DNA of 64,000 nucleotides from Octopus sinensis. Its lineage: Eukaryota. This document shows, one piece after another, positions 24,629 to 38,134 of this stretch. A program made the translations under genes and the position numbers. A model generated the notes under the pieces. That model ran no database searches. It saw only the letters and a program-made list of their open reading frames with translations, and had not been told where the DNA came from. The stretch covers positions 1 to 64,000 of the forward strand of contig NW_021832607.1 in NCBI RefSeq assembly GCF_006345805.1, read 5' to 3'. Position 1 is the stretch's first letter. The number at the start of each line of letters is the position of its first letter.

Positions 24629-25245
24629 GTGTAGATGATAACTTTGTTACACCTTTGTTTTGTCATTTTCACTTATATGTTCAAAGTCTGGCCAGGTCAG
24701 ACTTTTGGTTCCGAGTTCGACCAGGATAATTAAATACTGAGAGATACATAGTCTAGCGTGATCAGCGACTCTTTATTTAACGATATATTTAGTGTCATCT
24801 TGTTCAGCCAATGAATATGTGCTGATTTGTTTATGCATAAACCATAGAGTGGTCAATCTATGCTGTTGCCGCAATTGCCCATTTGGAGTCAGTCTTAACG
24901 TTAAAATCGTATCCTAATATATAATCGTGTTTCTAAAATTGTCCTCAATATCAAGGGACGTCTTACTTTGCAGTAATACGCTATCTTTTACGGATGCTTA
25001 ACCAATTGCCAAATTTATTTCAAACGGAAAGTGTACGGAAATAAATAACAATATCACTGAATCATAGATTATATGAAAAGGAACAAACTGGCTTTGTAAA
25101 AAATAGTGAAGCCGTTTCTTCGTGCAAACGGAGAGGATTCCTGGAGGCTTTAATTACTCCATATTAGATAAAATGACAACAGCCAAGTAACGAGAAATTA
25201 ATATTTATTGAAGCGTCTCAGCTATTTAATATGCCCATGATATAA

Positions 25246-25463
25246 GGCAACGAACTGGCAGAATCATTAGCTCGCGGGGCGAAATGCTTAGCGGTACTTC
25301 GTCTGTCTTTACGTTCTGAGTTCAAATTCCACCGACGTCGACTTTACGTTTCATCTTTTCGGCGTCTATGAATTAAGTACCAGTTCTATACTGGGGTCGA
25401 TGTAATCAACTCATCGTCACCTCAAAGATTTCGGGCTTTTTGCCAAGAGTAGAAAAGAATATT
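25246..25463 (+). mobile_element. SINE family A with target-site duplication
   Basis: Flanks atatgcccatgata and atattcccatgata (14 bp, one mismatch). Confidence 0.85.
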
Positions 25464-25561
25464 CCCATGATAATTAACTTACCCTCACCGAGTAGAAAAC
25501 ATCAGGAAACATTACGATAGAAGTATCCGAAACAGTAAATATACTTACCGTCCTTATACAG

Positions 25562-25815
25562 CAGTGGTTCCCAGACATTTCCAGGCTGCCGCTTCCTTGA
25601 CATCCTGGTCGCATTCCTAGCGCCCCCACCCTGACGAACCATCACAAAGACAGACCTCTTTCTGAAGCAAATTCAAAGTAGATGTTTCACAAATAGTACT
25701 TAATCTAATGAACCCATTACTTTGTTGCTTTTACATGAAACGTTACCCCATTATCGCCCCTCTTTTCTTCAACGCCCCCTTTGGAACTTTCCACTGCCCA
25801 CTTTGGGAACAACTG
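25562..25815. mobile_element. hAT (Charlie/MER5-like) MITE
   Basis: TIRs CAGTGGTTCCCA and TGGGAACAACTG; 8-bp TSD ttatacag / taatacag with the central TA typical of hAT-Charlie. Confidence 0.8.
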
Positions 25816-26204
25816 TAATACAGTAACACTGGATTTCTGAAGTCAGTAGCTTGGAGAGTGCTCGATAGAATGTTTTGGAAGTGTACGAAGATTTACAGAA
25901 TTTTAAATCTTCGTAAATTGAATGAGGCTTCCTTCTTCATCCTCTCTAGTTAGTTCACCGTAGCCATGCAGTGAGACCAAATTCGATGCCTTTGTCAAAC
26001 AAATCGATCTCAATACTAACTTTTAATAAGGCTTTGTGCCTATTCCATTGGGTAAATTCTGACGAAGCGCTAAGTAAATTGACCGACATCCGTTACAAAG
26101 CGGCGGCGCCGGTGCTAGTTGTGATCGTGTTAGTAGAATCACAGCACAAATATAACGACAAACACATACACATATAGGAAACGCTTTATCTTAGTTTCAG
26201 TGTA

Positions 26205-26340
26205 AAGCATCCGGTCTCAAGATCTTCGTCGACCTAGGGCCATGGCAGAAACTCATTCATAAGGGGCCACGCAGAAGGACTGAACTTTTAATCACGTAAT
26301 TCAGAAGAAAACTCTTGACGCAAACGCCTTCTTCACTTTC
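26205..26340 (-). mobile_element. SINE family B head, degenerate
   Basis: ttcgtcgacctagggccatggcagaa...aaggggccacgcagaaggactgaac matches the reverse-complemented head. Confidence 0.5.
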
Positions 26341-26837
26341 CTCCACTTAAAACCTAGATTATTTATATAGTGAAATGATGATGGAGAAGATTATAAGTGT
26401 TTGAGAGACAACCATGTCGCAAGGCTGTCATTTCCTCTTCTCTGCTGCTTATACTTGGAACTATGTATGGCTTATGATATTTTGCAACCATTTAATCAAA
26501 GTATTATATGCTGCAGAAGTCTAAAATTTATCGCGCACCCTTGTGCATACCTGTTTCATAATTCTTATCTCAATGTTCCTCGACGAATAACTACATACAA
26601 TTGCGGACGGAAATGTGTGTACACACACGTACACGCATATAGCTACACACACACACGCACACACATGTACGCAGACACACACAGATGTACACACTCATAT
26701 ATTGGTAGACATTTTGTGTGTGATGTAAATGTCAGTGTACATATAAATAAATACATATTTCTGGTATGACATATATGAATATATAAATTAATATATATAT
26801 AAAGGAACCTACGTATATGTGTCAGTACTATTACCTC

Positions 26838-26913
<76 letters not shown>

Positions 26914-27020
26914 ATATGTATGTATGTGCGTGAGTGTGTGTGTATATATATATATACATTTAAATTTTCATACATACCTACATATATATATATATATAAA
27001 TTTAAATATTCATACATACT

Positions 27021-27066
<46 letters not shown>

Positions 27067-27744
27067 TCTCTATATATATATAATTCTCTCTCTATATATA
27101 TATATATAATTCTCTCTCTCTATATATATATATAAATATACATACATAGGGTTGTGTGAGTGTGTGTGCGTGTGTGTGCGATTATCTGTGTGTGTGAATG
27201 TAAGTTTTCTACTAATTCTTACTTGCGTTGCTATATTTTATTTAATTCTTTATTAAAGATATAGCACACGCATACACATACACATACACACTCTCTTATA
27301 TTCATATACGTGTTTACGTGTGTGAGAAAGAGTGTATACATATATGTGAGCGTTTGTTTGCCTCTCTATAGACATGTAGCACTGCGTTTTCGTTTGTATG
27401 CACGTGGAACAAATGAATCGTACGTCGATAGTCAACGCCACTCTTCTTTTCTATATAACAATATTATTTTGCTTTAAATTTTTTCGTTGTTTATATTATT
27501 TTTGTATGTTTTATATTTTTACTGCAATCTTTTAATCTAACCAAGAAGAAAATTTCGAAATCTAATTTTCTATGAATTGTTTTACTGTAATTTCATGCTT
27601 GATCATAATATTCGGCCAGCAGATATTTTAATATCTAAATTGAAGCAGAAAATTAATTCAAACCACAACGTTATTTTGCATACGGTTTCATTTCATGTAG
27701 CACTATCTTATAAACTCTGACAAGTCCTCTATAGAAAAAGAAGG

Positions 27745-27985
27745 ACGTGAAGCGAGGAAAAGAGTGAAAGACAGAGAGTTAGAGAGAGATGGGGAGAGAG
27801 AGAGAGAGAGAAAGAGAGTGAGAGAGAAGTGAGAGAAGTGAAAGATAAAACAAGAGGAATCGGTTGTGAATAGAAGAGAAAAGGAAAACATAGATGGAAA
27901 AATAGAGAAAACGTTACTGTGAACGAGAGAGAGAGAGAGAGAAAGAAAGAGAGAGAGAGAGAATGGGTGAGTGAATGAGAGAGAG
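27745..27985. repeat. Degenerate (GA)n polypurine tract
   Basis: Direct reading. Confidence 0.85.
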
Positions 27986-28229
27986 AATTATGATACAAGA
28001 GAAAAATGAGGTATAGAAAGAAAAAGAAAATATAAATTTAATAAAGTTCCTTTAGTATCGCTTTAATTTTTCGTGCGACTTTTGGTATCACCAATGATCT
28101 TGAAATACATTATACACCTTAACGAAGAGGGGAGATGCCAGTTGATAGAATAGCTCTGGTGTTCCACTAATAATTCATAACGTTATGTTGTTTGGCTATT
28201 TTGAGTTCAAACTGTAATAGAATCAGTAT

Positions 28230-28955
28230 TACCCGGGGCAGACCAAAAGTGACCGGGTTTTATTTTTATTTTTACAAATAGGCGTATGTAATTTTAATTC
28301 AATATGGAGGAGACAATGGTAATTTCGTTGCTTTACTAGTTTTTCATTATACATCTGAATTACATATAAAAAATAATATCGTTTAAATGGCGTTCATATT
28401 CAACTTCACACAACCGTGCCCTTTCTAAATTTTGTTCTACGGCATCTGTAACTGTTTCAGGGTCCAGATCCCTGATTTCTCTCGTGATATTCTCCTTTAA
28501 TTGTTCCAAGGTTTCTTATTTGGCGTTTACCTAACAAGTCAGGCCTGGTGAAGTCTGGGGGAACCGAGAGACAGTTAACATCTCAGTAGCAATAGATGAT
28601 TCTTCCTCCAACACATTTCCTCGGCAAATGTATTATTTCTCCATTACTATGAGAAGTTTCCCCATCTTGTTGGAGCCACATATCGAGCCTATTTTGGCCC
28701 GATAAAAATAAGGCCACATTACCTCATACGCCGTAATTGCACATTATACACTACAGTTCATGGCGTGCAATTCGCTTTGGTGCTCACTAGACCCCTAATT
28801 CTGATAGAACAATTTCACCACATGCGTACGTAATGTGGTGCCATGTTTATCAATAATTAATTTCCACGGCCTAGTCCATAAAACCTATAAACATGACAGC
28901 AAAAGGTAAAAAAATAAGAAAATTATTAAAAATTGCAGCCCCTAAGTGAATTTTG
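28230..28955 (-). mobile_element. Decayed Tc1/mariner-superfamily transposon, C-terminal transposase fragment
   Basis: Minus-strand frames give WLQQDG, FPQTSPGLT (WPPRSPDLT) and TLEQLKENITREIRDLDPETV..ERARLCE..HLNDIIF; the subfamily is not resolved. Confidence 0.75.
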
Positions 28956-29632
28956 GATCACAATATATTAGTATGTCTATAAGTAAATATAAAACTTATT
29001 GGGCATTCTTGCGTTCGATCTGTATGATTTTATTATTCGACATTAAAAGGTTGTACTATAGCTTGGGGACTTAGGAAGCAGAACGCTTACTGAAATTCTG
29101 TACAAAAAAAAAATTATTGAAATATTTTGAAGATGGAATCGCTTTCCAAATCGTTTCAGGCGTTTAAAATTGCTTTTGCGTACATTGTAAGAATCGGTGG
29201 GATATATAGAAACACAGTTTGAATTTTGGTTTAAATATGCATACATGCATTCACGCTGGCAGTTGCTTACCAAAGTACAGGCTTATATGACGACCAGAAG
29301 TTTTACAACTCACCAAGGAGTGTTGTTACACAGAGCAGGCTCCGACTCTCTATATATGAAAGTATGAACGAAACAAGGTCTAATATTCTGATGACCACTT
29401 AAAAAAATGATCTAAACAAATACGTTAATATTTAAAGATATCTTTCAAAATTATGCTAGATGCAATTGTATAATAATATATGTAGGAGAGATTCATATAG
29501 AGACTGTAGAAAATGGAATGGAACCACAAAACACAGCCTCATCTGCATGCGTCTCTGCATCTCAAACCAATCCTTCGAGGGTGACTACGTATCACGAAAG
29601 GATGCTTTAATATATAATTCCAATGTAGAATA

Positions 29633-30092
29633 CAGTAATCACTCGCCATATCGATGTTCACCTATCGCGCACTCCGTACATTGTGAATTATTCTGGCTAA
29701 TGCATGTAAATTTTTATCACGGGCTTCTCAGTACATCGCGGGTTTCTGCGGCCGATAGGTCTTTATATTTTTCTGGATTTTAATTATTTCTGTGGTAAAA
29801 TAAGCATTTTCACTCCTAACAATAAATTAATAAACAGAGATACAGTACAGTACTGCACTGCACTGTATAACACATCAATTAAAATATATTAAAAGAAAAT
29901 ACGTAATGTATCGAAAACGAAATCCGGGAGGCCAGTGTGTGGTGTTGTTTTGCATTCGTAATAAAATAAATATAGACAAATTATAAAAATAATAAAAAAA
30001 CAAAGTACAATACAGTACAGTTTCTACTACGTGGATTCTCACCTATTGCGTGAGATTTTGGAACGTTGAACCCACGATACTTGAGGGATTAC
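29633..30092 (+). mobile_element. Family M MITE, longest copy
   Basis: ta-cagtaatcactcgccatatcg ... cgatacttgagggattac; shares segments with the copies at 11492 and 39663. Confidence 0.75.
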
Positions 30093-30296
30093 AAAATTGT
30101 CCATTTTGAAGGTGTTCTACTACAATTGTTCCAGATATATATTTGGCGTAAATATCTTCACCAAAATATCTTGCAACGTGTTACTTTCCGTCATGAATCA
30201 CCCAAACATCCTTCCTGTTTTATATAATTCTTCAGCAGACACTCTTAGATATTCTCAACAAAGACTTACTTGGCTGTGATATTCTTTCATTCTGTA

Positions 30297-30497
30297 ATTC
30301 CTTTACTTGTTTCAGTCATTTGACCGCGAGCATGCAGGAGCACCATCTTTAGCCGAGCAAATCGGCACGAGGATTTGGTCGTCCCGAGGTTATAGTGGGA
30401 GACACTGGCCCCAAGGGTACCACGCAGTAGGACTGAACTCGGAACGATGTGGTTGGTAAGCAAGCTACTTGCCACACAACCACTCCCACGCCTATAG
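30297..30497 (-). mobile_element. SINE family B, internally deleted
   Basis: Tail (gtttcagtcatttgaccgcg...gagcaaatcg) is joined to the head (tttggtcgtcccgagg...gatgtggttggtaagcaagctacttgccacacaaccactcc). Confidence 0.85.
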
Positions 30498-30594
30498 CTA
30501 GTTATCACACAGTCACTCTTGCGCCTATAAGCAGAATATGACAAAGTGTTTCCAATAACTAATTAAAATAAGATGATTGTAGGAGAGGTTATTA

Positions 30595-30790
30595 TTATAT
30601 TTTCTCCTACTACAGGCGTAAGACGTGAAATTTTATGCATCAGTGTTAGTCGATAACCCCAGGGGGTCAATAGTTGACTGGAACTTGTCTCATGGGCCCC
30701 AAAAGATGAAGGACTGCATCGAACACCGTGGAATATGAATTCAAACTGCAAAGCTGAAAAAAATACCGCTAAGCATGGTAAAAATTCCTA
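30595..30790 (-). mobile_element. SINE family A, strongly diverged
   Basis: gtcgataacccc...gactggaact...ccccaaaagatgaagg...gaattcaaactg...aataccgctaagcat. Confidence 0.55.
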
Positions 30791-31374
30791 CCAACCTATC
30801 GGCATTGCGAGGAGAGATAATAAGAACGGAACATGTACACACTTCTCTCCCGTTCTCGCACAAATTATCAAATTAAATAATACTGCGTTGTTTTTTTTTT
30901 TTACTGGAGATATAAAGCCACAAGAGGCAGGAGTTTGGAATTAACTACGTAATTAAAATGCTTAAAATACCTTAATGAAACAGATAGAGTACAACATATT
31001 CTAATTAAAAAATCGTGAAGGAAGAAAATAATTAACGCAATTGATTTATAAGAAAACTTAATTAATATGCAAATATTAAGTAATTGACATCAATATACCA
31101 GATGGACGACGAATATATTATAATTTATATTCTAAAATGAAATGGTTAGTTAATTAGCATAATGTAACTGAAAACGAAGAAAAATGTCTACAATACAAGT
31201 ATTCTACTTAACTATTACACACACACACAGACACAGACACAGACACTGAAGCAAGCAAGACCACATACATACACATATAAATCATGAAATCTAGGTCCAT
31301 AGAATATATATAGTGCATAGGAGAAAAACGAAAGTAGTAATATAACATCGAATACACGCACACATATATATATG

Positions 31375-31430
<56 letters not shown>

Positions 31431-31561
31431 TACATAAATGCATATGTATGCATGCATAACAACATGCAGTCACCTCCTACTTACACCTGGTCACGAGACG
31501 ATAAATTATCACGCTGCTCCCGACGGAATTTGTTCTCAAAGTATAAAAAAAAACACTTAAA

Positions 31562-32200
<639 letters not shown>

Positions 32201-32204
32201 TTTA

Positions 32205-32505
32205 TGATTCAGTGCCATCTAGAGGTAGAGGATATGAAACCAGACATAGTGTTAATTGAGAAAGAAAGCAAACGATGCTACATCATAGATATAGCATGGC
32301 CAGCTGACAACAAGGAATGCAATAAGGAGGAAAGAAAAGTCGATAGATATGGCAGGTTAGCTTGGGAGATTAAGCAGTTATGGTCGAGGAAAATGTGGTA
32401 GTGGTAGCAATAATTGTCTGAACCCTGGAAACAGTGAGTAAAAATCTTGAAAAGTGCATGGAACAAATAGGTTTGGAATAAGGGTGGAGCACTTACAGAA
32501 AATAT
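32205..32505 (+). mobile_element. R4/Dong-clade LINE 3' fragment (RLE domain)
   Basis: MIQCHLEVEDMKPDIVLIEKESKRCYIIDIAWPADNK..ERKVDRY..LAWEIKQLW, then LETVSKNLEK; PD..D..K endonuclease pattern. Confidence 0.85.
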
Positions 32506-32519
32506 CAGAAACCTAGGAA

Positions 32520-32941
32520 TTTATTATAGCGGATTAGGATCATTATCTGTGCACCGGACACTACGACAAGCCTTTCTTGAAAATGCTGCTGCACCTGCCT
32601 GTTGTATTTGCGGTTTAATCCGGACCACAATTGTACGAGTAACTTCCTCATCATGAGGTCGCTTTAATAAATTCATTAGTATTTACGCTGGAGCATATGC
32701 CGTGAATTTGGAATACTGCATGAGGAGAACTGATGGGGTAAATAAGCCTGCTAAAGAATTTGAATATATACATAGGCGCTGGAGTGGCTGTGTGGTTAGT
32801 AGCTTGCTAACCAACCACATGGTTCCGGGTTCAGTCCCACTGCGTGGCATCTTGGGCAAGTATCTTCTGCTATAGCCCCGGGCCGACCAAAGCCTTATGA
32901 GTGGATTTGGTAGACGGAAACTGAAAGAAGCCTGTCGTATG

Positions 32942-32974
<33 letters not shown>

Positions 32975-33370
32975 TTGTGTCTGTGCTTGTCCCCCTAGCA
33001 TTGCTTGACAACCGATGCTGGTGTGTTTACGTCCCCGTAACTTAGCAGTTCGGCAAAAGAGACCGATAGAATAAGTACTGGGCTTACAAAGAATAGGTCC
33101 CGGGGTTGATTTGCTCGACTAAAGGCGGTGCTCCAGCATGACCGCATTCAAATGACTGAAACCAGTAAAAGAGTAAAAGAGTATACCACCGTCCTTTAGG
33201 ACGTTAATATCCAAACTAATAAAGCTATTTAAGCTATGTAGCGATTCTTGGCGTTCCATGACTTATTATATGCAGTGCCAAACTGCATCAACACTGACAC
33301 AGCACAATGTGCCTATGCATGTCACTGCCCTTGTCTGTATGAGTGTAGGAACCATGATAAAGTAAACTAG
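32520..33370 (+). mobile_element. Possible decayed Academ-type DNA transposon C-terminus, interrupted by SINE B
   Basis: Broken frames LPHHEVAL, YAGAY and KPAKEF before the SINE and a Cys-rich tail (TAL.C-like / CAYACHCPCLYEC) after it, in the order of the LPP..AL..YQAG..W..P..GW..Cys8 pattern. Similarity is weak. Confidence 0.3.
32775..33184 (+). mobile_element. tRNA-derived SINE family B, full length
   Basis: ggcgctggagtggctgtgtggttagtagcttgc...ggttcagtccc head, internal (TA)n(TG)n, 3' end gactgaaaccagtaaaagagtaaaagag. Confidence 0.92.
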
Positions 33371-33793
33371 ATGTGTGTTTAAAAATCACATTCCCAAAAC
33401 ACGTCTGCTCGTACCAATTGCAGCAGGCCTCAACGCTGATTAATAGGAATTCATGGAAATAAACGTCTTAAAATTATGACATGTAAGAACGACAGCTATG
33501 CCTCTGGTTATCGGATCTTTGTGAGTAACGCCAACCGGTGCTCTTGAAAATTATAGCTAGGTACTAGAAAAAGCTGAGAAGTACAGAAAATTTAACAGGT
33601 GCTAAGAGAAACATTATCAAACGAATTTACCTGATTTACGTAATGGTTAAATATTACAAATTCAACAAAATATTCATTCCTCAGTCATACAAGATTGCCA
33701 GCCATAAATGCCACCGATAGTAAAATGCCAATTTTTTTTTTTATTGCTTGAGGTCCATGGGTGAAAGTTGGTTGGTCCATGGGTGAAAATTAA

Positions 33794-33933
33794 AAATGAC
33801 AAGAAAGCTCGAAACTAAACTCAGAAACGGAAGAGAGTATTTAAACTGCGTAACCATAAACAAATAGAAAAAGGCTGACTACAAGTGAAATCAGCGAAAT
33901 CACTCACTACAAGAATCCATCGATCAGCACATA
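33794..33933. repeat. About 140-bp direct duplicate of 37016-37150
   Basis: aaatgacaagaaagctcgaaactaa...atccatcgatcagcacata; about five differences by eye. Confidence 0.9.
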
Positions 33934-34143
33934 AGAGGGCAGCAAAGTAATAATATCGACAACGATAGCGTTGGTGATGATGATAATGATGATGATGATG
34001 ATAATGATGATAATGATGATGATGACGACGACAACGACGATGGTGATGAACAAAGCGATTGGTGAATATGATTATATTTCATATAATGATTGTCATCAGT
34101 ATAAAGCATTTGTAGAAAGTATTACTATTAATGAAAGAAACGA

Positions 34144-34372
34144 AGGGTGGCGATCTGCAAGAATCGTTAGCATGCCGGATGGAATCCTTACTGGCTGTAC
34201 GTCCGTCTTTATGTTCTGAGTTCAAATTACACCGAAATTCCCTTCGCATTTCGTCTCTTTTAGGGTCGATAAAATAAGTACCAATCGAACAGTGGGGTTT
34301 GATTTTAGTCACCTTTCACACTACCTGCCCCGGAATTCCTGGCATTGTGCCAAAATTCGAAACCGATATTAA
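34144..34372 (+). mobile_element. SINE family A, diverged
   Basis: gggtggcgatctgcaagaatcgttagc...gttctgagttcaaatt...gggtcgataaaataagtacc. Confidence 0.75.
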
Positions 34373-35045
34373 TAATAGAAAAAGATGAAAAGTAAGAAAC
34401 GATTGAGATTGAGGAAGAGCAAATAAGAACATGAATATTGAGAAGAACAAGAAGAACGAAAAAAAGAACAAAGAGAACCTCTTGAAAAATAAGAGTAGTA
34501 ATATTTTTAATCAATGCTTCACTAATGAAAATACACTCCAGTATTTTAGAGGAAACAGAAATTTTTATTAGTAGAAATTATCTTGTTTACCTCATAAACT
34601 ATTTATGATCTGAATCTCGTCTTAATGTTCAATCTTTCTTCTTGGCGCTGGTTTCTTTCTTAATTTCTTTCTGTTACTTTCTTCTTGTTTTTTTCTTTTT
34701 TTCATTTGTTCATCTTCCGTTGTGTATGACTCAAAATTATCGTTCCGTATTTTTCCAATATATTTCTTTACGTGTCAATCTCTTCATATTCTCTATTATC
34801 CATTACAGACTTATGTACACAGATTTTTAGATTTTCGCGTTTCATCATTCTTTGTGTCTTTGTATTTGGTTGACATTTTCCATTTTCATTCATCTCGTAT
34901 CCTTTCTTCTGTATTGTGGCGTGTTCTTTCTTTATTTTGTTTTTTTTTTTCTACCATTTTCTCCAAATTTATCTCAGCAAGGAAAAATGCATGGACCCAT
35001 TTAAAACATTTAATAAAAATATAAAGAATAGTTATATTAGCATTA

Positions 35046-35180
<135 letters not shown>

Positions 35181-35695
35181 AATAGCTGCTTATATGGAAC
35201 GCAGTAATAAAATCTTTGAGAAGGTGCAGAATAGATAATGGAGTGAAATATACAGTTATGAAGGCTGCTGAACCGGGCCTATAATGTAACATGAAAAAAT
35301 TAAAGGAAAAAAAAAAGAAAATTCATAGCACAGATGGATAATCAAAGAGCATTTGATATCATAACGCACTTTTAGATATTAGGGAGTCTATCTAAAGATA
35401 CAGTATTTTGGAAAGAAGACTGCATATTATTCATATCAAAAGCGAAAAACAATATTAATATAGGTTAAAAGAAAGAGGAATATTTTACGAAAATTCTATT
35501 CTCATGAACCTATGAAAGCTACATCGAGGGTCGCCTCACAGTAATTTCAGATTTCACATTTCTATTTGGTTTGCCTCATTCTTCGTGTAGAAGCGTGCCT
35601 CAAAAGAGATTCCGTTGTGCATCAGCGGATCAGTGTGACAAGGGGAGGAGGCGCACTCTTTTCATATTCGCTTTTATTATTTTACTTATATTAAA

Positions 35696-35917
35696 AGGCG
35701 TCGACCTGGGGTAATCGTTAGCACGCCGAGCAAAAAAAAACTTAGAAGTATCTTGCACGTCTTTACGTTGTGAGTTCAAATGTCACCGAAGTCGACTTTG
35801 CCTTTCATCATTTCGGGGTCGATGAAATAAGTACCAGTTGCGTACTGGGGTCGATCTAATCGACTGGCTCCCTTCCCCCCAATTTCGGGCCTTATACTTT
35901 AAATAGAAACGCATATT
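35696..35917 (+). mobile_element. SINE family A (alternative tail)
   Basis: aatcgttagcacgccg...gtcgactttgcctttcatcatttcggggtcgatgaaataagtaccagttgcgtactggggtcgatctaatcgact. Confidence 0.85.
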
Positions 35918-35919
35918 AA

Positions 35920-36118
35920 AGGCAGCGAGCTGGCAGAATGCTTAGCAATATTTTACCCGTCTTTACGTTCTGAGTTCAAATGCCACTGGAGTCGATTTTC
36001 CCTTTCATCTTTTCAGGGTCGATAAAGTAAAGCCAGGGAAACAGTGGGGTCGATGTAATTGACTGGGCCTCTCCTTGAAAATATCACGCCTTTTGCCTTT
36101 AGTGGAAAAGACTATTTT
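35920..36118 (+). mobile_element. SINE family A, immediately adjacent second copy
   Basis: ggcagcgagctggcagaatgcttagc (head deletion)...gttctgagttcaaat...gggtcgataaagt...ggggtcgatgtaattgact. Confidence 0.8.
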
Positions 36119-36149
36119 ACAAACATTTTTTAGTTTTATATTTTTATTT

Positions 36150-37560
36150 TACGTAACACTGAAATCGATAACAAATTTAATCTATGTGCCTGACATTCAA
36201 GATAAATGCTACGAAAGAAAAATAAAACTATTTCCTCTAAAAGGATTGCTTCAACAAATTCCCATAATGCAATTCCAACTGATGAACCTACAAAGATATA
36301 TACAGCAATTTAGCCAGGTTATAAATGGGAGTGTTTTGTTAGAAAAATATATTGCGCTGATACTCGAAGGATTATTTAAAATGATTTATAACCAATAACA
36401 CAAAATGATGTACAAACATCGAAATGTCAGAGTTACACCAGGACCAACGATAGACATACTTAGAATTAAATGGAATTGATAAGACGATACATTGAAATGT
36501 AACGGTAAAATTAGGAACGAATGCTAATGTGCAATGCATAAAATGACGCGACATACATAAAATGTAAAAAGGTCAGTTCAAAAAGTAGGATAACAGGTAT
36601 AAACACACACAATCCAACTGAAAATATGACAAGTATTAAAGCTTCAGTATAATAATTTAATGAAATTATGAATTTAGATAATAACAGGGAAACTGTATCA
36701 TAGATCTGCTATAAATTGGATAAAGCTATCCTGCAAGACAGTCGAAATGTAATTATGAGTCGTTGGAAAGTAAGAAACACTGAGTTTAGAGAAAAATTTG
36801 GTGCCAATTAAATATATCAGCTTCGGTGTAGTAAGGATTTAAAATATAAACAACCTACAGGGTATAAAATATTTCAAACGAATATAAGAGGAAAAAATAA
36901 ACAGGAAGAAAAGCAGTTAAAGGAAATGAATGTGGGAATCCAAATAGAAAAGAGAGAAAAAAAATAGGATGAGGAAAGCAATTGAAGCAAGAATTGAAAT
37001 CGGTTTGAAAATCAGAAATGACAAGAAAGCTCGAAACTAAAGTCAGAAACGGAAGAAAGTATTTAAACTGCGTAACCATAAACAAATAGAAAAGGCTGAC
37101 TACAAGTGAAAGCAGCGAAATCACTACAAGAATCCATCGATCAGCACATAGAAATAATCGATCACATCAATTCTGGCTGACCGTTATTTGGAATAATAGA
37201 ATAGAGTGATGTATGCAACTTGTTCTCATTCACGTTCATCACGGTGAAGAGTGGGAGATAAACTCATCAGTGATTAAGTAAATACATGAAAGCGCCATTT
37301 CTATTCAGATAAAATTCATGTAGTTTCATATAAATTCAATACATATTATACTTTCTCCTTTCTCGTTTATGATGGCGGGGGCTAACTTGGGAGAGATTTG
37401 ACTGCTACTACTAGCAAGTATTTTGAACTGTATTTGTTTCGTTGTTACATCTATGTAAACTTTATCTAACACACAATTTTGGTTTAACAATCCAAAATGA
37501 GACGGCTTCGTGGACATCATGAGCGCGGAGTGCACCCTGAGGTGAAGTGGTTATTCGTAT
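36150..37560 (-). mobile_element. Decayed CR1/L2-like LINE fragment
   Basis: Minus strand, in order: KLAPAIINEKGESI (PL.DENG-like), SLLSLVVSLF..MVTQFKYFL..ISDFQTDFNSC (PISLLS..FQxGFR), GPGVTL (DLGV) and KLLYISL..LHYGNLL (LYxSLVRPxLEY). Confidence 0.5.
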
Positions 37561-38060
37561 AAAGCCATTTTGCAAACGAACCAGTATTCGAGTGGATGAG
37601 TGTTTCGAACTGTTTCATCAAGTTACAAGCATAAGAAACAAATGACTTGTAGAAAAGAGGAGTTGATGAGGTCAAATCCATCTTATGGAGTAGGACAAGC
37701 AGTTTCGATGGTGGATATTACAGCAAGTTAACTGATATTTATTTTCCGACATCACAAGCATGAAAACGTTACTGTGTTATAGGAAAAAGAGTAGAAAAAC
37801 CGAACTAGATGATTGTAGATATGACACTCGTCATTTTAGTTATTGTGACTACCAGTTCATACCATTACACTTATTACACAGTCACGTTATTAATAGATTA
37901 CATGCAATAAAGCTTACAGAATCATAAACAAGACAGGAACAAACTCTGATTTCAAAATCCTTGCATAATGAAGGCGTTTATTTAAGGAGGAGTAGGTAAT
38001 AAAACCCATTTATGTGGACCTACGTCTGAGACCTTGATAGCTGAAATTATCGCTCGTTTT

Positions 38061-38134
38061 CTTCCTCGTCCTCACATCATCTTGTAATTCTCCCCTCCTT
38101 CCTCGTTCTCACATCATCTTGTAATTCTCTCCTC
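38061..38134. repeat. 37-bp tandem duplication
   Basis: cttcctcgtcctcacatcatcttgtaattctcccctc followed by a near-identical unit. Confidence 0.9.
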
